From Octopus vulgaris (Eukaryota), in the NCBI GenBank assembly GCA_951406725.2, contig OX597817.1, positions 169,074,001 to 169,138,000 of the forward strand: a DNA stretch of 64,000 nucleotides. Reading direction: 5' to 3'. Below are positions 24,934-37,405 of this stretch, in pieces (position 1 is the stretch's first letter; every line of letters starts with the position of its first letter). The notes beneath the pieces are model-generated. The model searched no databases and was not told the DNA's origin. It saw only the letters and a list, made by a program, of their open reading frames with translations. The position numbers and the translations under genes are program-made.

Positions 24934-25446
24934 ACTTAATCAAGACCATTAATGAGTTTTATAAAGGCTACTTAGAAAAATCAAGGAGTATATTATTAGC
25001 AAGCTCAGCAAGCTAAGGGTGACAGTTTGGTAATATAACATAGGTCCATCAAGATTACTGAGACACACACAATTAATAGTGGCTTGTGTCATTTTGATTT
25101 TAACACCACCCTTCTACTAACATATCAGTAGGGTGAAGGTGGAGATACTGAATAATAGAACAGAGTACTGAAGGACATTTGCTTGGTCCATTCTATGAGC
25201 CTTTGGTGACATTTTGGTCTATGGTTGCTAATTGGTTCAGGAACTGGATAATTGATTCAAAGGTCAGGAGTTCGAATTTTGTCAAAGTCATTATATATAC
25301 TCCACAGATATAACACTAATTGACTTAGTCAACAATGGTTTGTGTTTTGAGTGTATATAAATGTAAGATCTTAAAGAACAATGGTAGAGCTGGAATAACC
25401 TATTCTATCTAATAGACTCTACAACTCTGTATAAGAATAATAAAAG

Positions 25447-25727
25447 TTGGCCGTTGCCAGCCTCGCCTGGCCCCCGTGCCGGTGGCACATAAAAAGCACC
25501 ATCCGATTGTGGCCGTTTGCCAGACTTGTCTGGTACCTGTGCCGGTGGCATGTAAAAAGCACCCACTACACTCATGGAGTGGTTGGCATTAGGAAGGGCA
25601 TCCAGCCGTAGAAACATTGCCAAATCAAACTGGGCCTGGTGCAGCCTTCTGGCTTCCCAGACCCCAGTTGAACCGTCCAACCCATTCTAGCATGGAAAGC
25701 GGACGCTAAACGATGATGATGATGATG
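25447..25727 (+). mobile_element. Repeat family B
   Basis: Same units and tail. Confidence 0.85.
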
Positions 25728-26013
25728 TATTGGACTAAAATACAATACAATCAACACCATAGACCATCTTTCTTTGAAGCTTCACCAAGCTGTAGCAAAT
25801 GGTGCTTTGGATGAGAGAAATATAGTCCCATTTGTGATACTGATGTCACATACATGCTACCCATACCCAGCTGCTTGGGTTAGCAAGAACATCTAATCAG
25901 GTAAGACAAGACATCAAGCCAGGTCTAAACCTAAAACTAGTGCTGTTGTTGATGATGATAATGATAACGATGGTGGTGGTCTGTAATAGCTAATTAAAAC
26001 TGAAAGGACTTAC

Positions 26014-26210
26014 TTCTTTGAACGTGGCGCCCTTGGAGTAGTTCCGCTGCTAATCGGAGCAGTTTCTACTACTGGTGGTGTAGGTGTACAATTAGCACTG
26101 GAATTGAAAGCAATTTCTTTACCAAATGACAGCTCCTTTGCAATATCAGCTGGCCTGCTCATCGATACAATGCTGGCTTTCATGCTAGGAGTACGGCGAC
26201 CCTGTGCCAT
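26014..26210 (-). CDS. ING3: ING3 exon 9 (MAQGRRTPSMKAS...TPRAPRSK)
   Basis: tatttcag|ATG...AAG AA|gtaagt; 197 nt, ends in phase 2; GRRTxSxKAS motif. Confidence 0.93.
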
Positions 26211-26635
26211 CTGAAATACACAAATAAAAGAGATATTTGTCAAGGTTTGTAACAGTAACAAAAATACATATAAGCTCTTCTTCATTCAAAATTATTTTAA
26301 GATCATGCCATAAAGCAAAGTCTACAGAATTACCAGTGTATGTCTGTATATTTATATGTGGACTCAATATCTCAGTAACAAAAAAACTGTGTGTAGATAT
26401 CAAACAGGTTGTATAAAATATTTGGACAACATGAAATAGGTGTGCAAACTTATCTGGGGAAATGATTCAAGAATCATCCCTTATTCTACAAGAAAATCAA
26501 AGATGGTATAGACTAGTTGGGTATCTTACTACACCTATTCTGTTGTACCCCTGAGCAAAGCATACGGCTTTTCATGTTCCAGTTTCCACTCCTGCATCAT
26601 AGTAGGATGGTGAACAGTATGTGCTAAGAAAGATG

Positions 26636-27033
26636 TACTCTTTTACTTGTTTCAGTCATTTGACTGCGGCCATGCTGGAGCACCGCCTTTAGTCGAGCAA
26701 ATCGACCCCGGGACTTATTCTTTGTAAGCCCAGTACTTATTTTATCGGTCTCTTTTGCCGAGCAGCTAAGTGACGGGGACGTAAGCACACCAGCATCGGT
26801 TGTCAAGCAATGCTAGGGGGACAAACACAGACACACAAACGCACACACACATACATATACACATATATACGACAGGCTTCTTTCAGTTTCCGTCTACCAA
26901 ATCCACTCACAAGGCATTGGTTGGCCCGGGGCTATAGCAGAAGACACTCACCCAAGATGCCACGCAGTGGGACTGAATCCGGAACCATGTGGTTGGTTAG
27001 CAAGCTACTTAACACACAGCCACTCCTGCGCCT
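26636..27033 (-). mobile_element. SINE family A (full length)
   Basis: Near-perfect reverse complement of 24528-24933. Confidence 0.9.
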
Positions 27034-27307
27034 ATTCAGTTGTTTTAAGAAAAAAAAATCTTGCCTCAATAAATAAATCATCACAGACTCATATGTACAG
27101 AATGAGCTAGTGAGGGTGTTTCAACAGTATCACTTCATAAGTTAACACCTTACTGTCTTAAAAAAAAAATAGACACATTGGATAATGGTAGTCCAGTGTG
27201 TGTATATACGTGTGCATATATATATATATACATACGCACACAAACAGAGTGAGTGGACAAACAAAAGAAAAGGGCACTCGACACATTTACTAGGAATTAC
27301 ATGTTTT

Positions 27308-27463
27308 ATTATTTAAAACAGATTGATTTGGCTCAATGCAACTTCAAGTTTTGTGGGCTTCTTCTAACAGAAACCTATTTTGTTCAACTGAATGAGTTGG
27401 ATTTCTGTTAGAAGCCTGCAAAACTTGAAGTTGCATGGAGCAAAATCTAAGTATTTTAATAAT
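27308..27463. mobile_element. Inverted-repeat relic related to 8270-8350
   Basis: tgcaacttcaagttttg...ttctaacagaaa / tttctgttagaag...caaaacttgaagttgca. Confidence 0.55.
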
Positions 27464-27493
27464 TTAAAAAGAAAAAAAAAAAATAATAATAAT

Positions 27494-27682
27494 TGTCCCC
27501 CTAGCATTGCTTGACAACCGATGCTGGTGTGTTTATGTCCCCGTTACTTAGCAGTTCGGCAAAAGAGACCGATAGAATAAGTACTGGGCTTACAAAAGAA
27601 TATGTCCCGGGGTCGAGTTGCCCGATTAAAGGCGGTGCTCCAGCATGGCCGCAGTCAAATGACTGAAACAAGTAAAAGAGTA
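27494..27682 (+). mobile_element. SINE family A 3' half
   Basis: Matches 24740-24925. Confidence 0.85.
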
Positions 27683-28165
27683 ATAATCCTTTCTATTAAA
27701 GGAACAAGGTCTGAAATTTGTGTGGAGGGGGGTAGTTGATTACATTGAACCCAGTGTTTCACTGGTACTTAATTTATCTACCCCAAAAGGATGAAAGACA
27801 AAGTCAACCTCAGTGGCATTTGAACTCAGAATGTAAGGATGGATGAAATGTCACTTAGCATTTTGCCCAGCATGCTAATGATTCTATCAGCTGATGGGAA
27901 AATTAATGTCAAAAGTAAAATAAAAAGAACTGTTTTAACGGAGTACAGTGATACTCTGACTCAGAATGTCAAGTATTCTAGTCAGGTAAACTTCAACAGA
28001 AGAGGTTATTTACCTTTTAACTCACCACTTTTTTCATTCATTTTCAATTTTACATTCATAACCACTTCCATATAATTTTGGCCAATTATATAAATGCTAG
28101 CTCTGTTATTTTTCAAATATTTTGTAATAAATGAATTTCATTTCAAACGATATATATCTATGATG

Positions 28166-28208
28166 AACTGTCCGACGAATGGGAATGTGAAACTCAGAGT
28201 AACAGGTT
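28166..28208 (+). ncRNA. Minimal type I hammerhead ribozyme relic
   Basis: ctgt-CCGACGA-atgggaatgt-GAAA-ctc a gag-TA-acag; U4>C and a weak stem II; TA-flanked insert with AATAAA downstream. Confidence 0.5.
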
Positions 28209-28493
28209 TTGTTGAATTTTCTGCTGCTTTAAATAAAGCATATTACTCTACCATTGGTATTTGAGTACTCTTTTTTCCACCTTGTTTCACATTTATGTGT
28301 TTACTCCGGTATATACCATCATATATCGACAAGAAAGAAATAAAATTTTAAAATCTATTCTTTATGTGCAGGCCGATGGTTGAGGACCCCATGCACTGGA
28401 GAGATAAACCCTACATTACTTAGAGAGATGTTAGTTCCCTGCACTTTTCCTTCTAGGCCTTACTTTTGCTACTATGCCTTGGGAACACCCACC

Positions 28494-28715
28494 TACAAGA
28501 GGGTGCTGAAAAGTTCCACACTTTGGGTAAAAGAAAATACAGGAGGATCAGTTAATTATGAATTTGTTCAATATATTCCCCTCTGAGACTCACACACGTA
28601 TTGCAGTAGTCCTTCAGTTTTTCTAAGCCCTGTAAAAGAACTTGGAAGATTGGGCCTCTAACCAGGCCTTTTGCATTACTCTTTAAAGTCAGGAACATTT
28701 CAGCAACCCTTTATA
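28494..28715. mobile_element. mariner-derived MITE
   Basis: tacaagagggtgctgaaaagttcc ... ggaacatttcagcaaccctttata; related copy in the opposite orientation at 38939-39117. Confidence 0.72.
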
Positions 28716-30266
28716 CATTGCTGATTAGCTCACCCATGAGACAGAAAACAGTCATATACTTTTAGCAAGCTTATGGGGTGTTCTTACCGCTAACTACTCC
28801 TGTGCATCTACAACATATAAACTCTCTTTCTGTCAGCTGCTTGTGTACCCATAGTTTGCAATACACCATTTCTGCATACTGAGTATGTTGTTGATTGATA
28901 ACACAGCCTTATGTGACTTGCACAGTTCTCACAAGTCATTCATACGATCATCTCCCTTGTTGTTACTGATGAATTAATGTTACATTTAATTGAACAATGG
29001 AACTATCTGATAGAAAATATAACTTAAAACTTCACAGACACTTATACCTTTAACCCTTTTGAATGCAGAAAGCGGGTATATCTACTCAAAATTTTATCAT
29101 TGTTAACTGCAAAAAGTGGTTTTACCCAACAGCTTTAAAAACAAAAACAAGATGTAAGAAGTGGAGGCAATTTACAAAATGCAATTTTTCCGATTTTCTT
29201 AATTTTCCCCAAATATCTTATCAAATATTTCTTTACAGAGCAAGTATCAACTACTTCAAGTCGTGGATAAGAAAACTGTACCTAGAGATACTGAAAATTT
29301 TACTCTTTTGTAGATAATAAACATCATTGCAGAATGACCAGGAAATTTAATTACACAGCCAAAAAATTAATGCAATCTTTAGAATATGTGACAAGAAGGG
29401 GTCTTCAGATCACAGTTACTCTGGCAGGCTTCCTCAGTTTCTGAATTCACTGCTGTTCTGCATGCATTCAAATGACAAAACAATGCATACACATATATAC
29501 ACTTATATTTCAGGGCATAAAGCTAAAAGGTAAAACATTGTTAAATCCTAATTAGAACTAATATACTGATGTGAGCAGTGGTAAGATAGAACTCAAATGA
29601 TTATGTCATTGCTAAGCAACATCTGAGGATTAGCAAGCTCCAGTGAGAGCTACCTAAAATGATAGAGGTCAGGGATGTTTAACTGTAAAGCATGATAAAC
29701 ACGAGATGTATGAAGGTGTAAAGGGAACTGGTTGCTTCTTTACACTTTTGGGGTGCAACTTGGGTGCAACACAATTTCCTTTCTTTTTGTTTCTAGAAAC
29801 TACCAGTCAGGAACGAAAAGCAAGTTTAGAAATATATAATTCTTTATTCTCTTATTCAACAATGAAACACGATGGTATACTGGTATCCATTCTTACAACA
29901 ATTCAGCAGCAATAGATAGGTTAAATCCCAAGCGTCTGGGACAGGAGAATAGGTTGATCACACGTATGAAAATACGTCCTTTCCCTTCGATCGCCGTGCC
30001 TCAAGTCCCCGAACGCTATTAAGGAACGCTATAGAATTTATTCTTCAGTCTCTGGCGCATGTGCATGGGGAAACTTCCTTATGCCTTTCCAGAAGGTTCC
30101 AACCCCGCACACGCACACTGAAGAAGGACGCTCCGCACACACGCACTGAAGAATGACGTTGCGTGTGCGCACACTGGAATATGACGTCACTACAAAGGTT
30201 TTGAGTTAAGCAGAGAAAAGTTGTAGGTGTGTAATATGAAGACGGGGTAGAGAGTAAGTGACTTAC

Positions 30267-30337
30267 CTGTTGTGTGGCAGCAATAGCTTGAGATGCAGCA
30301 GCAGCAATAGCAGCATTGCTTCCTGCACCCATATGGC
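30267..30337 (-). CDS. ING3: ING3 exon 8 (GHMGAGSNAAIAAAASQAIAATQQ)
   Basis: ctctttcag|GC...CAG|gtaagt; 71 nt; ING3-type AAAxQAxxATxQ motif. Confidence 0.93.
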
Positions 30338-30456
30338 CTGAAAGAGAGGCGTGGACAACATCAAACAAACACCAAACACATCTGATACCACGTCCAACAC
30401 ATTACACAAAACACTGCCAATACATTAGATAACATTCAGCCAATAGTTCAAATACC

Positions 30457-31803
30457 TATTTCTTTACTACCCACAAGGGGCTAAACACAGAGGGGACAAA
30501 CAAGGACAGACATAGGTATCAAGTCGATTACATCGACCCCAGTGCGTAACTGGTACTTAATTTATCGACCCCCGAAAGGATGAAAGGCAAAGTCGACCTC
30601 GGCGGAATTTGAACTCACAACGTAGAGGCAGACGAAATACCTATTTCTTTATTACCCACAAGGGGCTAAACACAGAGGGGGACAAACAAGGACAGACATA
30701 GGTATTAAGTCGATTACATCGACCCCAGTGCGTAACTGGTACTTAATTTATCGACCCCCGAAAGGATGAAAGGCAAAGTCGACCTCGGCGTTATTTGAAC
30801 TCACAACGTAGAGGCAGACGAAATACCTATTTCTTTATTACCCACAAGGGGCTAAACACAGAGGGGGACAAACAAGGACAGACATAGGTATTAAGTCGAT
30901 TACATCGACCCCAGTGCGTAACTGGTACTTAATTTATCGACCCCCGAAAGGATGAAAGGCAAAGTCGACCTCGGCGTTATTTGAACTCACAACGTAGAGG
31001 CAGACGAAATACCTATTTCTTTATTACCCACAAGGGGCTAAACACAGAGGGGGACAAACAAGGACAGACATAGGTATTAAGTCGATTACATCGACCCCAG
31101 TGCGTAACTGGTACTTAATTTATCGACCCCCGAAAGGATGAAAGGCAAAGTCGACCTCGGCGTTATTTGAACTCACAACGTAGAGGCAGACGAAATACCT
31201 ATTTCTTTATTACCCACAAGGGGCTAAACACAGAGGGGGACAAACAAGGACAGACATAGGTATTAAGTCGATTACATCGACCCCAGTGCGTAACTGGTAC
31301 TTAATTTATCGACCCCGAAAGGATGAAAGGCAAAGTCGACCTCGGCGTTATTTGAACTCACAACGTAGAGGCAGACGAAATACCTATTTCTTTATTACCC
31401 ACAAGGGGCTAAACACAGAGGGGGACAAACAAGGACAGACATAGGTATTAAGTCGATTACATCGACCCCAGTGCGTAACTGGTACTTAATTAATCGACCC
31501 CGAAAGGATAAAAGGCAAAGTCGACCTCGGCGTTATTTGAACTCACAACGTAGAGGCAGACGAAATACCTATTTCTTTATTACCCACAAGGGGCTAAACA
31601 CAGAGGGGACAAACAAGGACAGACATAGGTATTAAGTCGATTACATCGACCCCAGTGCGTAACTGGTACTTAATTTATCGACCCCCCGAAAGGATGAAAG
31701 GCAAAGTCGACCTCGGCGGAATTTGAACTCACAACATAACGCAGACGAAATACCGCTAAGCATTTCGCCCGGCGTGCTAACGTTTCTGCCAGCTCGCCGC
31801 CTT
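30457..31803 (-). mobile_element. SINE family C as a 7-unit tandem array (~185-bp period) with one complete head
   Basis: aaatacc junctions at about 30635, 30821, 31007, 31193, 31378 and 31563; head ggcggcgagctggcagaaacg at the right end; 13-bp TSD tagttcaaatacc. Confidence 0.92.
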
Positions 31804-32426
31804 TAGTTCAAATACCACAAGGCCAACATACAGCCATCACATCACAGGCAGCAGACATCACACACTCAACACCTCTTACAATACCCAGTCAACTCCTCAT
31901 ACACCACAAAGCCAACATATCAAACACCAGAGCCAACATATCAGACATTATAGTCAGCTCATCACACAGCCAACATATCACAGCCATCAGACACTCAACA
32001 CATCAGACACCACACCACCACACGGCTGGCACACCAAATACTGCACAGCCAACAAATTAATAACCCTTCACAATATTACATAAATTTGTAAATACATTCA
32101 TTCTGAAGACTATTGTGGAGAAATAGAAGAGTAATTTAAGGTTTTCAATTAAGTATCTTCAGTTAGTTGATTCATTAGTTTCAATCACATCCTCTTAAAC
32201 CAATTAAAACTTCCATTTCTCACATGTCACATGCCTGACACTGAAATATGTAATTGAGACTTGGGTGAACAATGATTATCAGGGATTCTGTTTAGACATC
32301 TAAGAGTAATAGTAGACACAGCAGTGGAACCATATTCTGTAGCTTCCGACTAGAGAAGCATTGAAGTGAAAAGCTATGAGACTGCCAATAGTGATGACTT
32401 TAAAATTGTCCTTCATATTCAATACA

Positions 32427-32840
32427 AACGCATACCCTCCATCAGACACCTACCATATTCTGAGCGCCTTGTTTCCCTGGGCATGGATTCACTGAAGCTC
32501 CGGCGTCTGGCGACGGACTTGGTAAACACCCACAAAGTTATCAACCACCTCACCAACAACAACACTGAACACCTTTTTGATCTCCATGTGTCTAACACAC
32601 GTGGACATGCCTACAAAGTCAGAAAACAACACAGCTCCCATGACTTTCGGAAACATTTTTTCACGCTCAGAGTTGCTGAAGCATGGAATAAACTGCCTGC
32701 ATCAGTTGTTGACTGCCATGACACTGCATCCTTTAAGGCCCTCATGCTTTCCGAAATCCGCCGAAACTATACCTGATTATATATACACTTTAGATGAGTT
32801 GTAGTGCACATGAGCACTGTACACAATTATTATTATTATT
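32427..32840 (+). mobile_element. CR1-type LINE 3' fragment
   Basis: KRIPSIRHLPYSERLVSLG...RVAEAWNKLP; (TTA)n tail. Confidence 0.9.
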
Positions 32841-33151
32841 AAACCCAACACACATGATTTCACAAGCTGTGACATCACGAACAACTGGTGTTACTTAATG
32901 ACAGATCTTAAATCTCATCAAATCTGCAATATTTCTTCCTCCTAATTTTAGATTTTATATATTTTTATGAAGTAGAGAAGCACAAAGTTATGTGTTTAGT
33001 GTGTATGGTAAGTAGCATTCCTTGAGTAGGTTACCATTAGAAACCATCCAAACTACGATATTAGGGAAGAAATATATAATAAACACTCATGTCATTTAAC
33101 CCTTCAGCATTCATCTTACTCTATTAAAAGTAATGCTTATTTATTCACGAC

Positions 33152-33521
33152 CTATTGAGTCAAGTACATCAACATCAAAATAAAAATCAAATGGAAATTG
33201 TAGTTGTGATACCCATGCCGGTGGCCCGTAAAAGACACCATCCGAACGTGACCAATGCCAGCGCCGCCTTGACTGGCGTCCGTGTCAGTGGCATGTAAAA
33301 AGCACCAACCAATCGTGGACATTGCCAGCCTCCTCTGGCCCATACCGGTGGCACGTAAAAAAACACCCACTACATTCGTGGAGTGGTTGGCATTAGGAAG
33401 GGCATTTGGCTGTAGAAATACTGCCAGATCAGACTAGAGCCTGGTGAAGCCTCCTGGCTTCCCAGGCTCCAGTCAAACTGTCCAACCCGTGCTAGCATGG
33501 AAAATGGATGTTAAATGATGA
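33152..33521 (+). mobile_element. Repeat family B inserted in a piggyBac-type MITE
   Basis: Same units and tail; MITE sequence resumes afterwards. Confidence 0.8.
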
Positions 33522-33775
33522 TTGTTTTGAATTAATCATGCATTATCTTGTACCTTCGCGATTTTGATAAGTAACTTAATTTTTAGAATGATATTGTAGG
33601 GTTGGTGTGAGAGGCCAGATCTGGCCAGTTTGAGGATTCCATTAGAAGTAATGCTTATTTATTCACATTGTTTGTTAATTAATCACACGTTATTATGTAG
33701 CTTTCAGATTTTGATGAGGTAAATTTTTGGAATGATATTGTAGGGTTGATGCAAGAGGTCAGATCTGGCCAGTTT

Positions 33776-33991
33776 ACTCTTTTATTCTTTTACTCTTTTA
33801 CTTGTTTCAGTCATTTGACTGCGGCCATGCTGGAGCACCGCCTTTAGTCGAGCAAATCGACCCCGGGACTTATTCTTTGTAAGCCCAGTACTTATTCTAT
33901 CGGTCTCTTTTGCCGAACCGCTAAGTAACGGGGACATAAACACACCAGCATTGGTTGTCAAGCAATGCTAGGGAGACAAACACAGACACAA

Positions 33992-34035
<44 letters not shown>

Positions 34036-34038
34036 TAT

Positions 34039-34089
<51 letters not shown>

Positions 34090-34157
34090 GACAGGCTTCT
34101 TTCTGTTTCCGTCTACCAAATCACATATATATATATATATATATCACATATATATAT

Positions 34158-34202
<45 letters not shown>

Positions 34203-34340
34203 TACAAGGCATTGGTCAGCTCACGAGGCTATCAGCAGCTATAGCAGAAGACACTTGCCCAAGGTGCCACGCAGTGGGACTGAACCCGGAACCATGTGGT
34301 TGGTTAGCAAGCTACTTACCACACAGCCACTCCTGCGCCT
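33776..34340 (-). mobile_element. SINE family A with expanded internal (TA)n tracts
   Basis: Family A head and tail with two TA-rich expansions. Confidence 0.87.
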
Positions 34341-34467
34341 ATTTGAGTATAAATCAGAATCTTTTAGCCATATACGGCTGGTGTAAATGCTGAAGGGTGA
34401 AAAGATGTTAAAGGGTTGAACAATGAAGAGGGAGAATAAAAAAGTGAATCCATTTTTTTCAACTTAC

Positions 34468-34689
34468 CCAAGCTGTAGGTGATACCTGCTGGATTACCAC
34501 TGCCTCCTCCTCCTGAGTTAAAGGAATTCACAGATGATGATGATGAATTAGAAGCTGGATTAGTACGACGTTGACCTATACTCTCTTTAGCCACTTCATT
34601 GGCAAGTGAGGATAGAACTCGCTCTGTACTGGTCTGTTTGTCATTGTGATATGGTTGGGAAGGGTTGGATGCAGCTATAACACGACGTT
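34468..34689 (-). CDS. ING3: ING3 exon 7 (KRRVIAASNPSQ...GNPAGITYSL), Ser/Gly-rich linker
   Basis: ttctgccag|AA...TTG G|gtaagt; 222 nt, open, phase 1 to 1. Confidence 0.88.
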
Positions 34690-35056
34690 CTGGCAGAAAC
34701 AGAATAGAAATATATTTGCGTGAGACAAGTTCATCAAAGCGAATTTGTTATGGCATCATTATCGTATTTTAGTCAACAGCTAACAGTTTCCCTTTCAGAG
34801 TTTTTATAAGCCTGGATTGAAGATTTTTAATTTTTCTTGAATGTGGCACCAGTTTTGCAAAGGAATTAACTAGAGATTGTTGAAACTAGAACAACGGCAG
34901 CAAGACCATGTTGACCACTTAAATGCTCAAACCCATATACAAATTTATCATTATTTCCAATCTATTATTATTTGTGTATCAAGGTGTTTTGTTTTCATAT
35001 TTATGGCCTCTTAACTGGTACTTCGCTTCACTGATTAACTTTGGAATTATTCATTT

Positions 35057-35214
35057 TATACACTCACAGAGTGGTTGTCGTTAGGAAGGGCATCCAGCTG
35101 TAGAAACATTGCCAGATCAGACTGGAGCCTGGTGCAGCCTCCTGGCTTCCCAGATCCCCGGTCGAACCGTCCAACCCATGCCAGCATGGAGAACGGACGT
35201 TAAACGATGATGAT
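35057..35214 (+). mobile_element. Repeat family B 3' end
   Basis: Tail only. Confidence 0.8.
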
Positions 35215-36517
35215 ACATGTTCCACATGAGATTAATGTAAACATCAAATATTTAATTAGCTGTTGAGTCGTTATTGAAGGCTTCCGCTAACTTACAACCT
35301 TCTAACGGATAATTCACTGATGGTCTCGCTGGAAGTTTACTTTTTGGAATTATTTCATATATGTAAATAAATGGAAACTTGAATCATCACTGAAAGCTTT
35401 GTCTTCATGTAAGAAAGTGTTGAATTAAAAACAAAGAAACATCTTGGAAGAAACTACATTGATTATGGCTGGAAATTGCAGTGAAGAAGAATAGCTAAAG
35501 CAGGAATCAAACTTCTATTACAGATTCAGATGGTCAGTCACAGGCACAAGCACACTGTGTGAATGGGTGGTGAATGTCAGTTATAAAACTGCCATGTGCT
35601 GACAGTCAAAGGCAGAAGGAAAAGGCATAGGAGCAGAGGTGAGGTTGGATCTCAGGAATGCTGTAGTTTACTGACAAGATGATATAATATCTAAGACAAG
35701 TACCAATACGCTGGTCTGTCTGAGACTTGTCCACCATATGCCGGTACGGAAAATTGGAAGCTAAAATGATGGTGGTGATGATGGAGAAGAGGAGGAAGAT
35801 GATGATGGTATGTTGGTAACAGTGATGATGTTCCCATAGGTGGTAAGGAAACAGCTTCAATACATTATGTTCATAATTGAGAAAATTAAAGCAATTACCA
35901 ATAATATATGTAGGAACAATGTAGGCTCGTGTGGAGAGATACAGAGAAATGTAATGAATAATAGATGGAGTTGTTTAGACCCTAATCAGTTCTGACTGAG
36001 CAAACCATAATCAAAAGTGTTATGACCATTGCCCTCGGTTTATCAGATGTTATTTCTAGAGCAACATTAGACAGTGTCTCTCTTCCTCACCAATATGGAA
36101 GTATATTTTAAGGGAGATTTGGTTGATTACTTCTAGCAGGTCAAGTAGCAATGTAGAGGTTCCATCCTTACTTTGGAGCTATAACAGAGATAAGTGGTAA
36201 TGATATGATCCGAGGATGGCTGTGTATGGTAGCTACAACAGAGGTAGGTGATAGTGGTGTGAACATGTGATATTAAAGGATGGTAGTCATAGTAGAGGTA
36301 AGGTCAGAATTATTCATATAACATGTCCCATATCTAGAAGTCTACTTAAAAGCAAGCCTATATACTACAAACCCAGAGCAAACTGTGGTATTAAATTTTC
36401 TTTTCAAGAAGGGTAAAAAAAAAAAAAAATCACACATGCCAGCAGCAATGGTTTTAAGAGGGTTAATCTACATATTTATAAGAGTGTCATATCATCTAGA
36501 ATGCAAGAAATACTCAC

Positions 36518-36565
36518 TATCTGGACGATTCTGACTCTGTTGAGGAGTATCTAATTCTAATGACC
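36518..36565 (-). CDS. ING3: ING3 exon 6 (RSLELDTPQQSQNRPD)
   Basis: tcttgcag|GG...GAT A|gtgagt; 48 nt; RSLELDTP continues the ING3 motif. Confidence 0.92.
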
Positions 36566-37405
36566 CTGCAAGAGATACAACAGATACTTAATATAGAGAA
36601 ACACTGCAGGGGAGAAAAAAAAAACCCAAAACAAAAACAATAGAGCATTTAAACTGAGGTTCCCATCATTGATGACAAGTGTGCTATCGTGTAGACACTA
36701 GGTACAGGCATGGCTGAGTGGTTAAGGAGCTTGCCAACCCTGTGGTTCTGAATTCTATCCCACTGTGCAACACATTGGGCAAGTGTCTTCTTTTCTATAC
36801 CCTTCAGTTAACAAAGGCTTACGAGTGCATTTGGCAGATGGAAACTGAAAGGAACCTGTCACATGTTTGTGTGTGTGTGTGTGTGTGTGTACGTACGCGC
36901 GCGTCTGTGTGTGTATTCGTTTACATTAGCACTTCTCTGAAAATCACAAGCTACAAGTGTTGATGTTGTCATTTCTCCCATCAACAAGTTGTTTGCTGGC
37001 TTTGCACCTTTGAAGACATGTAAAATAAAGGGATCTCTTACTTAAAAAAAAGGTAAGGATTAGTGAGACAGAAAGGGCATTCGGCTATAAAACAATGCCT
37101 CGCTAATATATCCATCTAATCCATGCTAGCTTGGAAAAAGTGGACATAAATATGAATAAATGAAACGAACTAGAGTTAATTTTCCTGTGAAATATCTCCC
37201 ATCCTATCAATCTCCAAAACAAAATATTCCAATAATTTCAGCTTGCTAAAATGAAAATAAGTATCTTTACTTGCAGAATGGTCATTGATAAGTCTCTAAT
37301 TCTTTTGCAAAAAGAAAAAAATTTCCTTCCAATAAACAAATGTTCAGATTCACAAAGAGATTTTTCCATTGATAAATAGCAAGAGGTAAATCTATCGATA
37401 TACCT

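Noticed and set aside
30115-30160. Two CTGAAGA motifs resembling hammerhead cores
   Set aside because: No downstream GAAA, stem III or stem I complement.
30457-31803. CRISPR-like or retrozyme-like tandem array
   Set aside because: No unique spacers, eukaryotic context, and no CUGANGA/GAAA core found on either strand; the units are SINE bodies.
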